Of a stretch of DNA of 64,000 nt, positions 20,560 to 31,298 are shown piece after piece; the first letter of the stretch is position 1; the number at the start of each line of letters is the position of its first letter. Both the position numbers and the translations under genes were made by a program. The DNA lies in contig JBLWTJ010000002.1 in NCBI GenBank assembly GCA_048270185.1, positions 416,001-480,000 on the forward strand. Reading direction: 5' to 3'. The notes under the pieces are model-generated. The model did no database searches and was not told the DNA's origin. It worked only from the letters and a program-made list of their open reading frames with translations. This DNA is from Bacteriovoracaceae bacterium. Lineage in GTDB: Bacteria > Bdellovibrionota > Bacteriovoracia > Bacteriovoracales > Bacteriovoracaceae.

Positions 20560-20596
20560 AGTTTTCTCCATAAAAACTTTAACAATCCTCAATGAC

Positions 20597-20624
20597 TTAA
20601 CGACATATTAACAATGAAACTTGA
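20597..20624 (-). promoter_or_regulatory. Putative sigma28-like promoter
   Basis: Minus strand reads TCAAG-N15-GTCGTTAA upstream of the Gly-rich gene. Confidence 0.35.
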
Positions 20625-20712
20625 GTAAACTTTGTACTTTTCTCATAAGTTATTGAATTAACTAATTAATATCACGTTTACGAAGCCTAAAAGTCGCGCT
20701 AAATTACGGATT

Positions 20713-21258
20713 ATGGGTAATACTTTTTGGTGGATTCTACTGGCCACTGTCTTAATTTTTGCCACCTATGCCGCCTTCATTATAAGAGGTGAAAAAGATG
20801 TGGCCCTAAAGAATGCGGTAACGTTAGTTTTTCACGGATTAGAAATTCCAATTCCTCCTTGGTGGACGGCCACAACAAATACTGATGAGATGATTATTTT
20901 TGAAAGAACTGATACTCGCTATGAATGGCAATCTCGTTTTTCATTTTCAACAGAAGAATATAAAGACCTGCAAGATGCTTTTGAAAAATTAGCTCTTAAA
21001 CACAAACTTATTTTTGATAAAGATACTTCCATCATTCATGAACCAAGTTCATTTGCTAATTTAAAAAATCAGGGAATCGAAGCACTTCGTGTTGAAGGAA
21101 CAGCAACAAAAGGTCATGAAGATCGTGTTTACTACGATGCGGCCCTATTAAAGATTGAAGATGGTATCGTTATATTAGAAAGTGAGAGCTCTGTATTAAA
21201 TGGTCTGCTTGAAGGGCCGTTTTTTGAACAAGCACTACTGCATATCAAAAAACAATAA
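20713..21258 (+). CDS. Hypothetical membrane-anchored protein
   Basis: N-terminal TM helix; 181-aa ORF. Confidence 0.7.
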   Translation: MGNTFWWILLATVLIFATYAAFIIRGEKDVALKNAVTLVFHGLEIPIPPWWTATTNTDEMIIFERTDTRYEWQSRFSFSTEEYKDLQDAFEKLALKHKLIFDKDTSIIHEPSSFANLKNQGIEALRVEGTATKGHEDRVYYDAALLKIEDGIVILESESSVLNGLLEGPFFEQALLHIKKQ

Positions 21259-21425
21259 CATTTCCATTGCTCCAGAGGCAACAAAGCCGGGCTTGAACCC
21301 GGCTTGTTGAATATAGTTTTGAAGTTAAAATGTTGGGGAGCTAGCACTGCAAACAATAGCCCGACTTTGGTCGGCCAATTTTGAAGTTGCTTTGAACAAG
21401 CATTACTACATATAAAGAAGATATA

Positions 21426-21453
21426 AAAAAAAGCTCCGAAAGGAGCTTTTTTT
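21426..21453. terminator. Bidirectional intrinsic terminator
   Basis: A-tract, GCTCC-GAAA-GGAGC, T-tract, between convergent genes. Confidence 0.75.
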
Positions 21454-21454
21454 A

Positions 21455-21895
21455 TTAACGAGTTTTAAAAGTTCTAATATTTGAAACGAGGAAGTTATGA
21501 ATTTCTTCATCTGTTCCAAATACGTCATCGATGAACTCACAATCAATTAAGAATGCAGTCATACGATTAGCGATATTGTGAAGAGACTCAACAAGGTAAA
21601 GACCACCAATATTTTCACCACTAAATGATTTAATGATTTCTTTACGAGCGTGGTTAAACATCTCTGACTCTGTCACATCCTCAGGCATATTATCTACACC
21701 CATCTTTTCTTCAACTTCTTCAATTGCTTGATCGCGAATATCTTCGTCAGTTGCTAGACATACACCAAATTCAGTGGCCATTGATTCAATAAGCTTCTCA
21801 CGATTGGCAATATCAAATTCAATAACTCCCTTCTCTTTTAGGGTATTGATTGTATGACTCGCTAAATTTTCGAGTGTTTCAAAATTAGTTCTCAT
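21455..21895 (-). CDS. Hypothetical protein (DUF507-like)
   Basis: Acidic helical 146-aa ORF with GGAG RBS; family call by resemblance only. Confidence 0.6.
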   Translation of the reverse strand: MRTNFETLENLASHTINTLKEKGVIEFDIANREKLIESMATEFGVCLATDEDIRDQAIEEVEEKMGVDNMPEDVTESEMFNHARKEIIKSFSGENIGGLYLVESLHNIANRMTAFLIDCEFIDDVFGTDEEIHNFLVSNIRTFKTR

Positions 21896-21995
21896 TTACT
21901 GCTCCAAATGTGTAATCTCTTTAAGTTTAACGACTTGCCAAGCATCAAGCAAGAGAAATACTGTAAGAAACTTGGAATTTTCCAACGAGTCAAAG

Positions 21996-23588
21996 CTACT
22001 TTTTACGAAGAAGCTTATTAAGGAAGCGCTGAATTAATACATAATCCCCTAAGACACTAAGCACAATAATATAAGCAACTCCACCTGCAACGGCCGCGAA
22101 AACAAAGGCCATCAGATTATCAAGAGTCGATGAAATATTAGTTGGAAAATATCCACGAATAGTAACAGTCACAAAATAAGCACAGATACTACTAATCCCT
22201 ACTTTAAAGAAGCGAAGTGGAAAAAAGAAGTTCAACTTTAGATCAAGAATTCTAAAGAGAATAATTGATTGAACAACGATGATAAAAATCATGGAAACAG
22301 ATGTTCCCATTGCTAATATTTTAAATCCATATTGATCAACAAGACTAAAACAGAAGATTATATTAATCGCCACTGAAAGAGATGAGATGATAACCGGAAT
22401 CTTTGGTTTATCTAGTGTATAAAAACTTGGAGAAAATACTTTATAGAGTCCATAAAAAGGTAAGCCTATTAAGTAAGCGTATAAAGCCTCTGTCACCATT
22501 TTTGTATCATCAAGTCCAAATGCTCCCCTTTGAAAAGAGATGGCCACACAATCTTGGGCAAGAGCAAACATTAAGGCCATCGCCGGAAGAAGAACAAATA
22601 GACTTGTTATATAACTTGTTTGTAGTGCACTCTTCGCTTCCTCTTCTTTTCCACTTCTCCAAAGTTCAGAAAAATACACAAGGTTTGAGTTACCGATTGA
22701 GACACCTAAAATCCCCACGGGAAACTGAAAAAGTCTAAATGCATATTGGAGCCAAGATACGGCACCTACAATTGTTCCCGTAGCAAGAAATGTTGAAACG
22801 AGTAAATTAATCTGAGTTGCAGCAACACCAATTGTTCCAATACTCATTCTTTTTAATATTTCTTTTACATCGTTTGAAAATAAATTAAGGCCACTAAACT
22901 TTAGAAGCCCCTTACGCGCAAGCATAGGTACTTGAACAAGCATTTGTAAAAGACCACCAACAAAGACACCAATTCCAAGAGAGACGATCGAATGATATCC
23001 CCTCGACTCTAATAAAGTAGGCATCGTCACCATCGAAATAATCATAATAATATTAAAGACGGCCGGTGCCATGGCAGGCGCAAAGAACATCTTATAGGTG
23101 TTTAGAACTCCCATAAATAAAGCCGCAATTGAAACGAAGGCCAAGAATGGTGACATCACTCTTGTTAGTAGAATCGACATTTCAAAGCGATTTTGATCAC
23201 GAGTAAATAATTCATTAGTTAAGAGTTGAATAATCTCTGGTGCAAAAATAAAAATCAGAACACAACAAAGAGAAGTAATTGCCAACAGAACAATGGCCAT
23301 GGACCATAGTAGCTTTCTTGCATGATCACCTTCATCATTTTTAGCTGATGTAAAAATTGGAACAAAGGCCGATGAGAAAGCACCTTCTGCAAAGAGGTCT
23401 CTAAGCATATTAGGAATTCTAAAAGCGATTTGATAGGCATCAGTTAGCCCTGATGCTCCAAAGAGTTTGGCCATTAAGATTTCACGGGCAAAGCCCAAGA
23501 CTCGACTCGAGAGTGTTGCGATGGCCATCTTCAATGAAGATAATAAAAAGTTCTTCCTATGTGCTTGTGTCATTTCAATATTTTGCAC
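21996..23588 (-). CDS. murJ: Lipid II flippase MurJ
   Basis: TLSSRVLGFARE, AFRIPNMLRDLFAEGAFSSAFVP, YAFRLFQFPVG. Confidence 0.96.
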   Translation of the reverse strand: MQNIEMTQAHRKNFLLSSLKMAIATLSSRVLGFAREILMAKLFGASGLTDAYQIAFRIPNMLRDLFAEGAFSSAFVPIFTSAKNDEGDHARKLLWSMAIVLLAITSLCCVLIFIFAPEIIQLLTNELFTRDQNRFEMSILLTRVMSPFLAFVSIAALFMGVLNTYKMFFAPAMAPAVFNIIMIISMVTMPTLLESRGYHSIVSLGIGVFVGGLLQMLVQVPMLARKGLLKFSGLNLFSNDVKEILKRMSIGTIGVAATQINLLVSTFLATGTIVGAVSWLQYAFRLFQFPVGILGVSIGNSNLVYFSELWRSGKEEEAKSALQTSYITSLFVLLPAMALMFALAQDCVAISFQRGAFGLDDTKMVTEALYAYLIGLPFYGLYKVFSPSFYTLDKPKIPVIISSLSVAINIIFCFSLVDQYGFKILAMGTSVSMIFIIVVQSIILFRILDLKLNFFFPLRFFKVGISSICAYFVTVTIRGYFPTNISSTLDNLMAFVFAAVAGGVAYIIVLSVLGDYVLIQRFLNKLLRKK

Positions 23589-23645
23589 TAGCCTACTAAG
23601 CTTTACAAGTTGCCAATGAGACTAATATTTTCTAATCTTAGCGCC

Positions 23646-24179
23646 ATGGAAAAGACAATTAATCACATCGAGACAAAGAGTGCTGTTAGCTGGGACGAAT
23701 ATTTTATGTTACAGGCCATCATGGCAAGTTATAAAAGTAAGGACCCTGCCACGAAGGTCGGATGTGTCTTCGTTGATGATAATAACCACCAAATAACTTT
23801 TGGTTACAACGGATTTGTTGCGGGAATAGACGAAGCAAAACTTCCATGGGGAAAAGAGAGGACTGTTCCACTTGAACATCAAAAATATGGCTATGTTGTA
23901 CACGCGGAGGCCAATGCTATCCTTCACTCAAATCGCCCACTGTCTGGCACAACATGTTATGTGACACTCTTTCCATGCCACGAGTGCGCTAAGCTTCTGG
24001 CCTCTTCAAAAATCAAAGAAATCGTATACTTACAAGATAAACACGCCGGAACTGAATCCAATCGTATTTCACGTCGCATCTTTGATCTGACTGGTATCAC
24101 ATACCGTCGTCTCGATCTTGGAGAACACGTTCTAGACTCACTCATTGCACATTTTACAGACGCTTTTTACCGCGACTAG
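23646..24179 (+). CDS. dCMP deaminase family protein
   Basis: SWDEYFM, HAEANA and PCHEC zinc-deaminase motifs. Confidence 0.92.
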   Translation: MEKTINHIETKSAVSWDEYFMLQAIMASYKSKDPATKVGCVFVDDNNHQITFGYNGFVAGIDEAKLPWGKERTVPLEHQKYGYVVHAEANAILHSNRPLSGTTCYVTLFPCHECAKLLASSKIKEIVYLQDKHAGTESNRISRRIFDLTGITYRRLDLGEHVLDSLIAHFTDAFYRD

Positions 24180-24262
24180 AACATGGCGTAAATTCTCGGA
24201 TTACCCTAGACAAGTTTGACTGATAAAACTATAGTAAGCCCATTCAGACAATGGAGAAATAT

Positions 24263-24493
24263 ATGGTTTTATCTAAAGTAAAAAAAGGCGCAAGTGTTAG
24301 GATTCTATCTTTTGAGAAAGAACTTAAGCACAAGACAATTATGACAGGACTTGGAATTCTTCCGGGTGATTCAATTGAAGTTGTGGCACCATCATTTTTA
24401 GGATCTCCATTAACACTTAGACTTACTGACGGTGAAACTGTAGCTCTTCGTTTAAGTGAAGCTAATTATATTAATGTTGAGGAAATGCTGTAA
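24263..24493 (+). CDS. feoA: Ferrous iron transport protein A
   Basis: LGILPG...GSPL...VALRLSEA; TAATG coupling to feoB. Confidence 0.9.
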   Translation: MVLSKVKKGASVRILSFEKELKHKTIMTGLGILPGDSIEVVAPSFLGSPLTLRLTDGETVALRLSEANYINVEEML

Positions 24494-26466
24494 TGAAAAA
24501 AATGCTTTTAATTGGTCCAGCAAACTCTGGAAAGTCAGCAATCTTCAATGCCTTATCAGGTGCCAATAGAAAAGTTGCAAATTATAACGGAATCACTGTT
24601 GATACAGCGACGGCCGGACTTCTTTCAAATAATAGAAATGAAGAAAAAATCGCAGTTGTCGACCTTCCAGGGATCTACTCTCTCGTTCCTTCTTCTATTG
24701 ATGAAGCTGTAACTGTTTCAACTTTAATTGGCAGAAACAATCAAGTAACTGAGTTTCATGATGTTGTCTGTGTTGTTGACTGTGCAAGACTCGACTCTTC
24801 TCTTTCATTAGTTCTTGCATTAAAAGACTTATTTGGCGGAAATATCAAAGTAATTTTTAATAAGTGTGATCTTGAAGTTGTTAAGAATTACGACTTTGAT
24901 AAGATCGGTCAACACTTAGGTGTTCCTTATATTAAGTACTCAACTGTCAGAGATACTGGAGCGACATTAGAAAACTTCCTACGTGAGAACGTTTCAAGTG
25001 AAATCCTTCTACCACAGAATAAAATTCTTCTTTCAAATGAATCAACTGAATACAATCCATTCAATGTAGCTTTCGAAGAAGATCAATATGTTGATTTAGA
25101 AAATGAAGTTGCGGCCCTGTCTTTAATTGAAAAATATCAAAGAGAAGCCAGAGACCTAAAAGCAAGTTATGCAATTGGAAAGAATAAAACTCTTATTCAA
25201 ACTTCAAATAAGATTGATAAACTTGTTCTTCACCCAGTTTTAGGTGGGGTTATCTTCTTGGCCATCTTTTATTTAATATTCCACTCAATCTATACTTGGG
25301 CCGGCCCAGCGATGGATATTATCGATGCCGGTGTTGGAGCTTTTGGTGAATATGTAGGAGCTCTTCTTCCTGCCGGAATGCTTAATAGCTTCATTGTCGA
25401 TGGTGTTATTGCCGGTGTTGGTGGTGTTGTTATTTTCCTTCCACAAATTGTCATTCTCTTTTTCTTACTTAGCTTACTCGAGCAAAGTGGATATATTTCA
25501 AGAGCTTCAATTATCACAGATCGAGCGATGTCTTACTTTGGACTTAATGGAAAAGCCTTCCTTCCGTATCTTTCAGGATTTGCTTGTTCTGTACCGGCCA
25601 TCATGGCAACAAGAACAATTTCAGATAAGAAAGAAAGACTTGCAACACTTATGACGATTCCTCTAATTACTTGTTCAGCAAGGCTTCCTGTTTATATTCT
25701 GCTTATTGGAACATTCATTCCAGAGAAGACAATATTTGGAATCTTTAACTCTCAGGCTCTAGCTTTCTTCTTTCTCTATTTCCTAGGAAGTATCGTTGCT
25801 CTTATTATTGCGAAAATTTTCAGACTAACTCTTTATAAAGGAAGTACAACTTCATTTATTATTGAACTTCCTCTTTATCAAATGCCATCACTTAAGCCGG
25901 CCATTAAGGCCATGACTTTCAAAGGGAAAATTTTCCTTAAGAAAGCTGGGACAATTATTCTTGGACTTTCAATGGTTATTTGGTTCCTTTCAACTTTTCC
26001 AAAACCAAGTGAGCAAATGCTTTCAGGACTTGATGATGCACAAGCAGCTTCAGTTTCTCTTGAGCACTCGGCAATTGGCCAATTTGGAAAGTTAATAGAA
26101 CCAGTGATTAAGCCACTAGGATACAATTGGAAGATGGGAGTGGGAATCACTGTCGCGATGGGTGCACGTGAGCTATTCGTTTCAACACTAGGAACAATCT
26201 ATGCTCTAGGTGACGTTGATGAAGAGTCGACAACACTAAGAGAAAGGCTTCTATCCGAAATTGATCCTGAAACAAATCAACCAGTATTTAATACGGCCGT
26301 TGCTTGGTCACTATTAATCTTCTTTGCCTTTGCAATGCAATGTATTTCAACACTAGGGATTGTTCACCGTGAAACTGATGGCTGGGGACATGTCTTTTTA
26401 ATGTTTGGATATATGACGGTTCTTGCTTACGGTGGAGCTTTTGTTACTTACCGACTTTTAATCTAA
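24493..26466 (+). CDS. feoB: Ferrous iron transport protein B
   Basis: GPANSGKS, NYNGITVD, DLPG, NKCD; gate motifs GFACSVPA and CSARLPVY. Confidence 0.96.
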   Translation: MKKMLLIGPANSGKSAIFNALSGANRKVANYNGITVDTATAGLLSNNRNEEKIAVVDLPGIYSLVPSSIDEAVTVSTLIGRNNQVTEFHDVVCVVDCARLDSSLSLVLALKDLFGGNIKVIFNKCDLEVVKNYDFDKIGQHLGVPYIKYSTVRDTGATLENFLRENVSSEILLPQNKILLSNESTEYNPFNVAFEEDQYVDLENEVAALSLIEKYQREARDLKASYAIGKNKTLIQTSNKIDKLVLHPVLGGVIFLAIFYLIFHSIYTWAGPAMDIIDAGVGAFGEYVGALLPAGMLNSFIVDGVIAGVGGVVIFLPQIVILFFLLSLLEQSGYISRASIITDRAMSYFGLNGKAFLPYLSGFACSVPAIMATRTISDKKERLATLMTIPLITCSARLPVYILLIGTFIPEKTIFGIFNSQALAFFFLYFLGSIVALIIAKIFRLTLYKGSTTSFIIELPLYQMPSLKPAIKAMTFKGKIFLKKAGTIILGLSMVIWFLSTFPKPSEQMLSGLDDAQAASVSLEHSAIGQFGKLIEPVIKPLGYNWKMGVGITVAMGARELFVSTLGTIYALGDVDEESTTLRERLLSEIDPETNQPVFNTAVAWSLLIFFAFAMQCISTLGIVHRETDGWGHVFLMFGYMTVLAYGGAFVTYRLLI

Positions 26467-26470
26467 AAAT

Positions 26471-27586
26471 TTAACGACATTTGTCACTTGAATATAGCCT
26501 TACGGCATCGCTTAACATTAAGCCGATGTCGAGGGGCTCTCTCTCAAAGATCACTGAAATCATCTTTGCTTCTTCAAAATTTAATTTTCCTAAAGAAAAC
26601 CAACCAGTAGCGACCTTCCCCTCCTTTTCTGGTTTATAGTTGATATAACTTGAAAAGACTTCGGTATCTTCTTGAAAGACACTTACTTTCACATTTGAAA
26701 GTGCATCACTATTAATGACTCGGTAAACTTCTAAACAGTAACTGGTTCTTGTTGGTAGAAAATTATAAGAAACATAAGCATATTCATCTTCACTCATACG
26801 AACTCGATTACTATTGAATCCAACGAGTGTACTATTCTCCCAGTCTCCGTATTCACGGTAACCATCAACTCCTGCAAATGTCTTTGGGTTAACTTCTTTT
26901 GGAAGTATCGTCGCACTATCATCCAGAGGCGTATAGACTAATCCCTGGCAATCGTGAGATTCATCTATTTTTTCAAATTTAACTTCATCTGCTCTAAGAA
27001 TAGATTCATCTTCAACACTTTTGGAAATGATCACTCGTGACTCTTGGCCATGAGTAAATGAATATTCTCCCAATGGAAACCAGCCACGCATACTTTCATC
27101 AGCGGCAAGACTAAAAGAAGCAATCCCTATTTGCTCGGCCCCATCAAAAATATCAACTTGGGCCGAAGTAGTAGCATCTTTTGAGGTTACACGATAAACC
27201 CAAAGACAATACGTTGAGTCCCCTAATGCATCCGTAACATAGATGGCCCTTGCACTTGGGTCATTAGTGAAGCGAGAAATACTATTTTGACTTCCCTTTA
27301 ACTTATCTTGAAACCAATTACCTTCTTGAATAAATCCGCTCGAATCATCCTTTAGTTTGGTCTGTGAGCCTTGAGTGATATCAAAGTAATTTCCAATAAC
27401 GACTCTTTCTATACCTTCAATATAAGTAATAGATGCAGGGGCCCTTTCAGCTTCAACTTGAGAGCCTACAGGCTTTGTTTCAACACTACTAAGTTTTCTC
27501 AGATTATGTCCTCTTCCCAAGCAAGCATAGAGGCCAAGAAGGACTAGGGGGATGGCGGTAATTGTGAACAACTTACTCATTTTCAT
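26471..27586 (-). CDS. Exported protein with two repeated beta-sandwich (golvesin/CBM-like) domains
   Basis: Duplicated pattern G.W...YCL.VYRV...GWF.LG...AD/SDAV; N-terminal anchor. Confidence 0.65.
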   Translation of the reverse strand: MKMSKLFTITAIPLVLLGLYACLGRGHNLRKLSSVETKPVGSQVEAERAPASITYIEGIERVVIGNYFDITQGSQTKLKDDSSGFIQEGNWFQDKLKGSQNSISRFTNDPSARAIYVTDALGDSTYCLWVYRVTSKDATTSAQVDIFDGAEQIGIASFSLAADESMRGWFPLGEYSFTHGQESRVIISKSVEDESILRADEVKFEKIDESHDCQGLVYTPLDDSATILPKEVNPKTFAGVDGYREYGDWENSTLVGFNSNRVRMSEDEYAYVSYNFLPTRTSYCLEVYRVINSDALSNVKVSVFQEDTEVFSSYINYKPEKEGKVATGWFSLGKLNFEEAKMISVIFEREPLDIGLMLSDAVRLYSSDKCR

Positions 27587-27694
27587 AAAATGCCTCTGTT
27601 ACGGTCATCTTATCAGCTGTTCAAAGAATTTCTAAAATGAAGATGAGTAAATAAACTCAAGTATTATTAAGTTCGATTGAATTTTAATAAGAAG

Positions 27695-28192
27695 CTAGAG
27701 AATCGTCTTATAGATCTCATAGCTTTCATCATCAAAGCAACAAAAGATAATATCATCAAAGGCTTCTAGCTCATCAAAGCTCTTTACTGCTGAAGTTGCA
27801 GTAATGGCGGCTTCAATTTTTGGATAACCATAAGCACCTGTTGAGATACATGGAAAGGCTATTGACTTGCACTCATTTTCAAGTGCGAGAGCAAGTGAGT
27901 AGATATAACATTTTTCAAGTAGATCAGATTCACCTTTAACACCACCTTCCCAAATAGGACCGACAGCGTGAATAATAAACTCAGCAGGAATATTATAGGC
28001 CTTTGTTAGTCTTGCTTCTCCAATAGGACAACTCCCTATTTCGGCCAGCTCTTTAGTGAGTTCTTCACCACATGCGGCGTGAATTGCACCATCAACTCCG
28101 GCTCCACCTTTTAATTCAGAATTGGCCGCATTAACGATGGCATCGACGTCTAAAGTTGTAATATCTGCTTTGATTACTTGAATATTTTTCAT
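27695..28192 (-). CDS. Macro domain protein (O-acetyl-ADP-ribose deacetylase-like)
   Basis: ADIT...DAIVNAAN..L.GGAGVDGAIH, IHAVGP, SIAFPCISTGAYGYP. Confidence 0.93.
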   Translation of the reverse strand: MKNIQVIKADITTLDVDAIVNAANSELKGGAGVDGAIHAACGEELTKELAEIGSCPIGEARLTKAYNIPAEFIIHAVGPIWEGGVKGESDLLEKCYIYSLALALENECKSIAFPCISTGAYGYPKIEAAITATSAVKSFDELEAFDDIIFCCFDDESYEIYKTIL

Positions 28193-28216
28193 AGAACATT
28201 TCTAGCATGGAAAGTA

Positions 28217-28912
28217 CTAGATTTCATCGTAAAACTTCAAGATCGTTCGAGCATACCAGTACTTTCTCTCCCCAGGCTCTCCATTGTAGTTCACAAGGGC
28301 ATCATAATAATTGGTTTCAATATCAGAGTTGTAATTTTTAGCAAGGTAGATCTTTAAGAGAATGGCACCATAGATGAGAGATAATTGAATATCGTCGAGA
28401 AAAAATAATTTTTGTTCGGCCCAACGAGATGAACGTGTCCAAAGTTGCTGCCAATTTAGGGTACACCCGTTGACGATATCATTTAGATACTTAGTATTCT
28501 TACGATTTGCATAATTTGGGCCGCGTTGCCCAAGTTGATCTGAAACCTCTTGAGCACCAATAGACGTAAATTGACTAAGGCCAACTGCACCAGTGCGGGA
28601 GATGGCCTTTTGAGCAAAATTTGACTCCATGCGAATAAGTGCGAGATAAAGTTTTGCATCAATTCCAAAGCAATTAGAGACGGCAATTACCCCATCAACA
28701 ATGGCCAAGGCATCATCGAGCTCTACCGCAGGATTCTCCGCAAGAATATACGAGAGGAAGTCTCTTTTATTATAGTCCTCATCTTGCATTTGATAATTCT
28801 TAATCAAATAAGCATGAGAGACGAAGTAGCCTTCAGGCATTGCGGCCATCGTCATGTTGAATATCATCGTAAGTATAAGTAATCCTAATAATTTTCGTAT
28901 CATAGATATCAT
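28217..28912 (-). CDS. Lytic transglycosylase (SLT domain)
   Basis: LIRMESNF...AISRTGAVGLSQ, ALVNYNG; signal peptide. Confidence 0.85.
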   Translation of the reverse strand: MISMIRKLLGLLILTMIFNMTMAAMPEGYFVSHAYLIKNYQMQDEDYNKRDFLSYILAENPAVELDDALAIVDGVIAVSNCFGIDAKLYLALIRMESNFAQKAISRTGAVGLSQFTSIGAQEVSDQLGQRGPNYANRKNTKYLNDIVNGCTLNWQQLWTRSSRWAEQKLFFLDDIQLSLIYGAILLKIYLAKNYNSDIETNYYDALVNYNGEPGERKYWYARTILKFYDEI

Positions 28913-29032
28913 TATTCTTAATTCCTTTCTTAAAGACAACTTACAAAATCTTTCCAATATTAAGGGTTACATGAAGCCTTTAGCGTTCTATAATCGCAAT
29001 ATAAAAAATCTTAATATTTACGGAGGCCCTAC

Positions 29033-29980
29033 GTGAAACCTTTTATTGTTGTATGCGATGGAATGGATGCAGAAGTTTTCGCTTCTCTACAAGCAATTGA
29101 TGGACTTGAAGTACATCCAAAACCAAAATTAACTCAAGATGAAATTAAAGAATTATTACCAAAGGCAAGTGCCCTTGTAATTCGTTCATCAACTTCTGTT
29201 GGTGAAGAATACTTAGAGCTTGCTCCTAATTTAAAATACGTTATTCGCGCCGGTGCAGGAACAGATAATATCGATAAGGTAAAATGTGGTGAGCGTGGAG
29301 TTAAAGTTTCAAATACACCAGGGGCCAATAATAACTCTGCAGCGGAACATGCTGTTGCACTTATGCTGACAGTACTAAGACATACGGCCGCAGCAGATGC
29401 CACAATGAAAAACGGTGGTTGGGATAAATCAAAGTACACAGGAAATGAACTAGCAAATAAGAAAGTTGGTATCGTTGGCTTTGGTCAAATTGGAAAGATC
29501 GTTGCAAAACGCCTTCAAGGTTTTGATCCACAAGTTAAGTTCTTTGATCCATTCTGCGAATCAAGTGATCTTCCATATGTAACAAAAGCAAATACTGTTG
29601 AAGAAATTTTCGAAACTTGTGACATCATTACACTTCACACTCCTCTAATGGATGCGACGAAAGGAATGGTTAATAAGGATCTGTTTAATAAAATGCTACC
29701 ACATGCAATTCTAGTAAACGCATCACGCGGTGGAATTGTTAATGAAGATGATTTAGTCACAGCTCTTAAAGAAGGGAAATTAAAAGCTGCTGGTTTTGAT
29801 GTTTTTGCAACTGAGCCACTAGAAGATAATTCACCTCTTAGAAGCATTCCTAATCTCGTTCTTACTCCACACCTTGGAGCTTCAACAGATGAAGCACAAC
29901 TTCGCGTTGGAGAGATGGCGGTTAATCAACTGAAAGAATTCTTTTTAAATGATAATTTACTACACGAGGTTAAAGCTTAA
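29033..29980 (+). CDS. D-2-hydroxyacid dehydrogenase (SerA-like, no ACT domain)
   Basis: RAGAGTDNID, GIVGFGQIG, NASRGG, DVF..EP, TPHLGAST. Confidence 0.88.
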   Translation: MKPFIVVCDGMDAEVFASLQAIDGLEVHPKPKLTQDEIKELLPKASALVIRSSTSVGEEYLELAPNLKYVIRAGAGTDNIDKVKCGERGVKVSNTPGANNNSAAEHAVALMLTVLRHTAAADATMKNGGWDKSKYTGNELANKKVGIVGFGQIGKIVAKRLQGFDPQVKFFDPFCESSDLPYVTKANTVEEIFETCDIITLHTPLMDATKGMVNKDLFNKMLPHAILVNASRGGIVNEDDLVTALKEGKLKAAGFDVFATEPLEDNSPLRSIPNLVLTPHLGASTDEAQLRVGEMAVNQLKEFFLNDNLLHEVKA

Positions 29981-29982
29981 TT

Positions 29983-31251
29983 ATGAAATCACTTGCGATT
30001 ATTGGTTCTCAATGGGGAGACGAAGGTAAAGGTAAAATCACAGATCTACTTGGTTTAAAGTGCGACGTTGTCGTTCGCTACCAAGGAGGCAATAACGCTG
30101 GTCACACGATCATCGTAGGAACTAAGAAAGTTGTTCTTCACTTAATTCCATCTGGTATTTTACATGACCACTGTGTTTCAGTTATTGGTCACGGTGTTGT
30201 TCTTGATCCAGAAGCATTTTCTAAAGAATTAGAAAACGTCAGAAATTCAGGCCTTAAAGTTACTCCGGAAAAACTTAAAATTTCTTCTAATACTTCTGTT
30301 ATTACTTTCTACAACAGACTCCTTGACGGTCAACGTGAAGCGAAAGGTCCAGTAAAGATCGGCACGACAGGAAAAGGTATTGGGCCAGCATACGAAGACA
30401 AAATTTCTCGCAAGGGAATCAAGGTAAAAGACCTTTTTGATAAAGAAGTATTAACTGAGAAGTTAAAAGCAAACTTACTAGAGAAAGAAACTCTTTTTAC
30501 AAAACTATATGAATGTGAATACCCAAGTGTTGAATCTGAAGTTGAAAGACTAATGGCCCTTGCTGAAGAACTTAAACCATATGTTTGTGATACTTTTAGC
30601 TTCCTCGATGAAGCCAAGCGTGCAGGAAAGAAGATTCTTTTCGAAGGAGCACAAGGTGTTCTGCTTGATATCGACTTTGGTTCGTACCCATTCGTAACTT
30701 CTTCTTCAACTGCTTACGCAGGTATCTATTCAGGAGCAGGTCTTCCTGGTGGAACAGTTGAAGAGGTTTTAGGAATTACAAAAGCCTACACAACAAGAGT
30801 TGGAGAAGGTCCATTCCCTACTGAATTATTCGACCAAATGGGAGACGATATTCAAACTAAAGGTGGCGAGTTTGGTGCGACAACAGGACGAAAGAGAAGA
30901 TGTGGGTGGCTTGATCTTCCACTTCTAAAATACTCAGTTAAATGTTCAAACCTAACTTCAATTGCTCTTACAAAATTAGATGTTCTAAGTGAAATGGGAC
31001 CTCTAAAAATCTGTACAGGATATGAGTACGAAGGTCGTACGATCGATTGCGCTTATCCAGGTATTGATTTAACTAAGGTGAAACCTATTCTTAAAGAAGT
31101 TGCTGGATTCAACGATGACTTTAAGGGTGAGCTTTCTAAAGAGTTGAAAGACTATATCGCTATGATCGAAGAGGCCATTGAGATTCCAGTTGGAATCATT
31201 GCCTTTGGCCCAGAAAGATCAGAAATTAAATTCCTAAAAGAATACTTCTAA
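29983..31251 (+). CDS. purA: Adenylosuccinate synthetase
   Basis: QWGDEGKGK, GGNNAGHT, EFGATTGRKRRCGW. Confidence 0.98.
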   Translation: MKSLAIIGSQWGDEGKGKITDLLGLKCDVVVRYQGGNNAGHTIIVGTKKVVLHLIPSGILHDHCVSVIGHGVVLDPEAFSKELENVRNSGLKVTPEKLKISSNTSVITFYNRLLDGQREAKGPVKIGTTGKGIGPAYEDKISRKGIKVKDLFDKEVLTEKLKANLLEKETLFTKLYECEYPSVESEVERLMALAEELKPYVCDTFSFLDEAKRAGKKILFEGAQGVLLDIDFGSYPFVTSSSTAYAGIYSGAGLPGGTVEEVLGITKAYTTRVGEGPFPTELFDQMGDDIQTKGGEFGATTGRKRRCGWLDLPLLKYSVKCSNLTSIALTKLDVLSEMGPLKICTGYEYEGRTIDCAYPGIDLTKVKPILKEVAGFNDDFKGELSKELKDYIAMIEEAIEIPVGIIAFGPERSEIKFLKEYF

Positions 31252-31265
31252 GTATAAAAAACTTC

Positions 31266-31292
31266 GGCCCTGAATTCCTTCAGGGCCTATTT
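31266..31292 (+). terminator. Terminator hairpin after purA
   Basis: GGCCCTGAA-ttcc-TTCAGGGCC followed by TATTT. Confidence 0.65.
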
Positions 31293-31298
31293 CCATCA

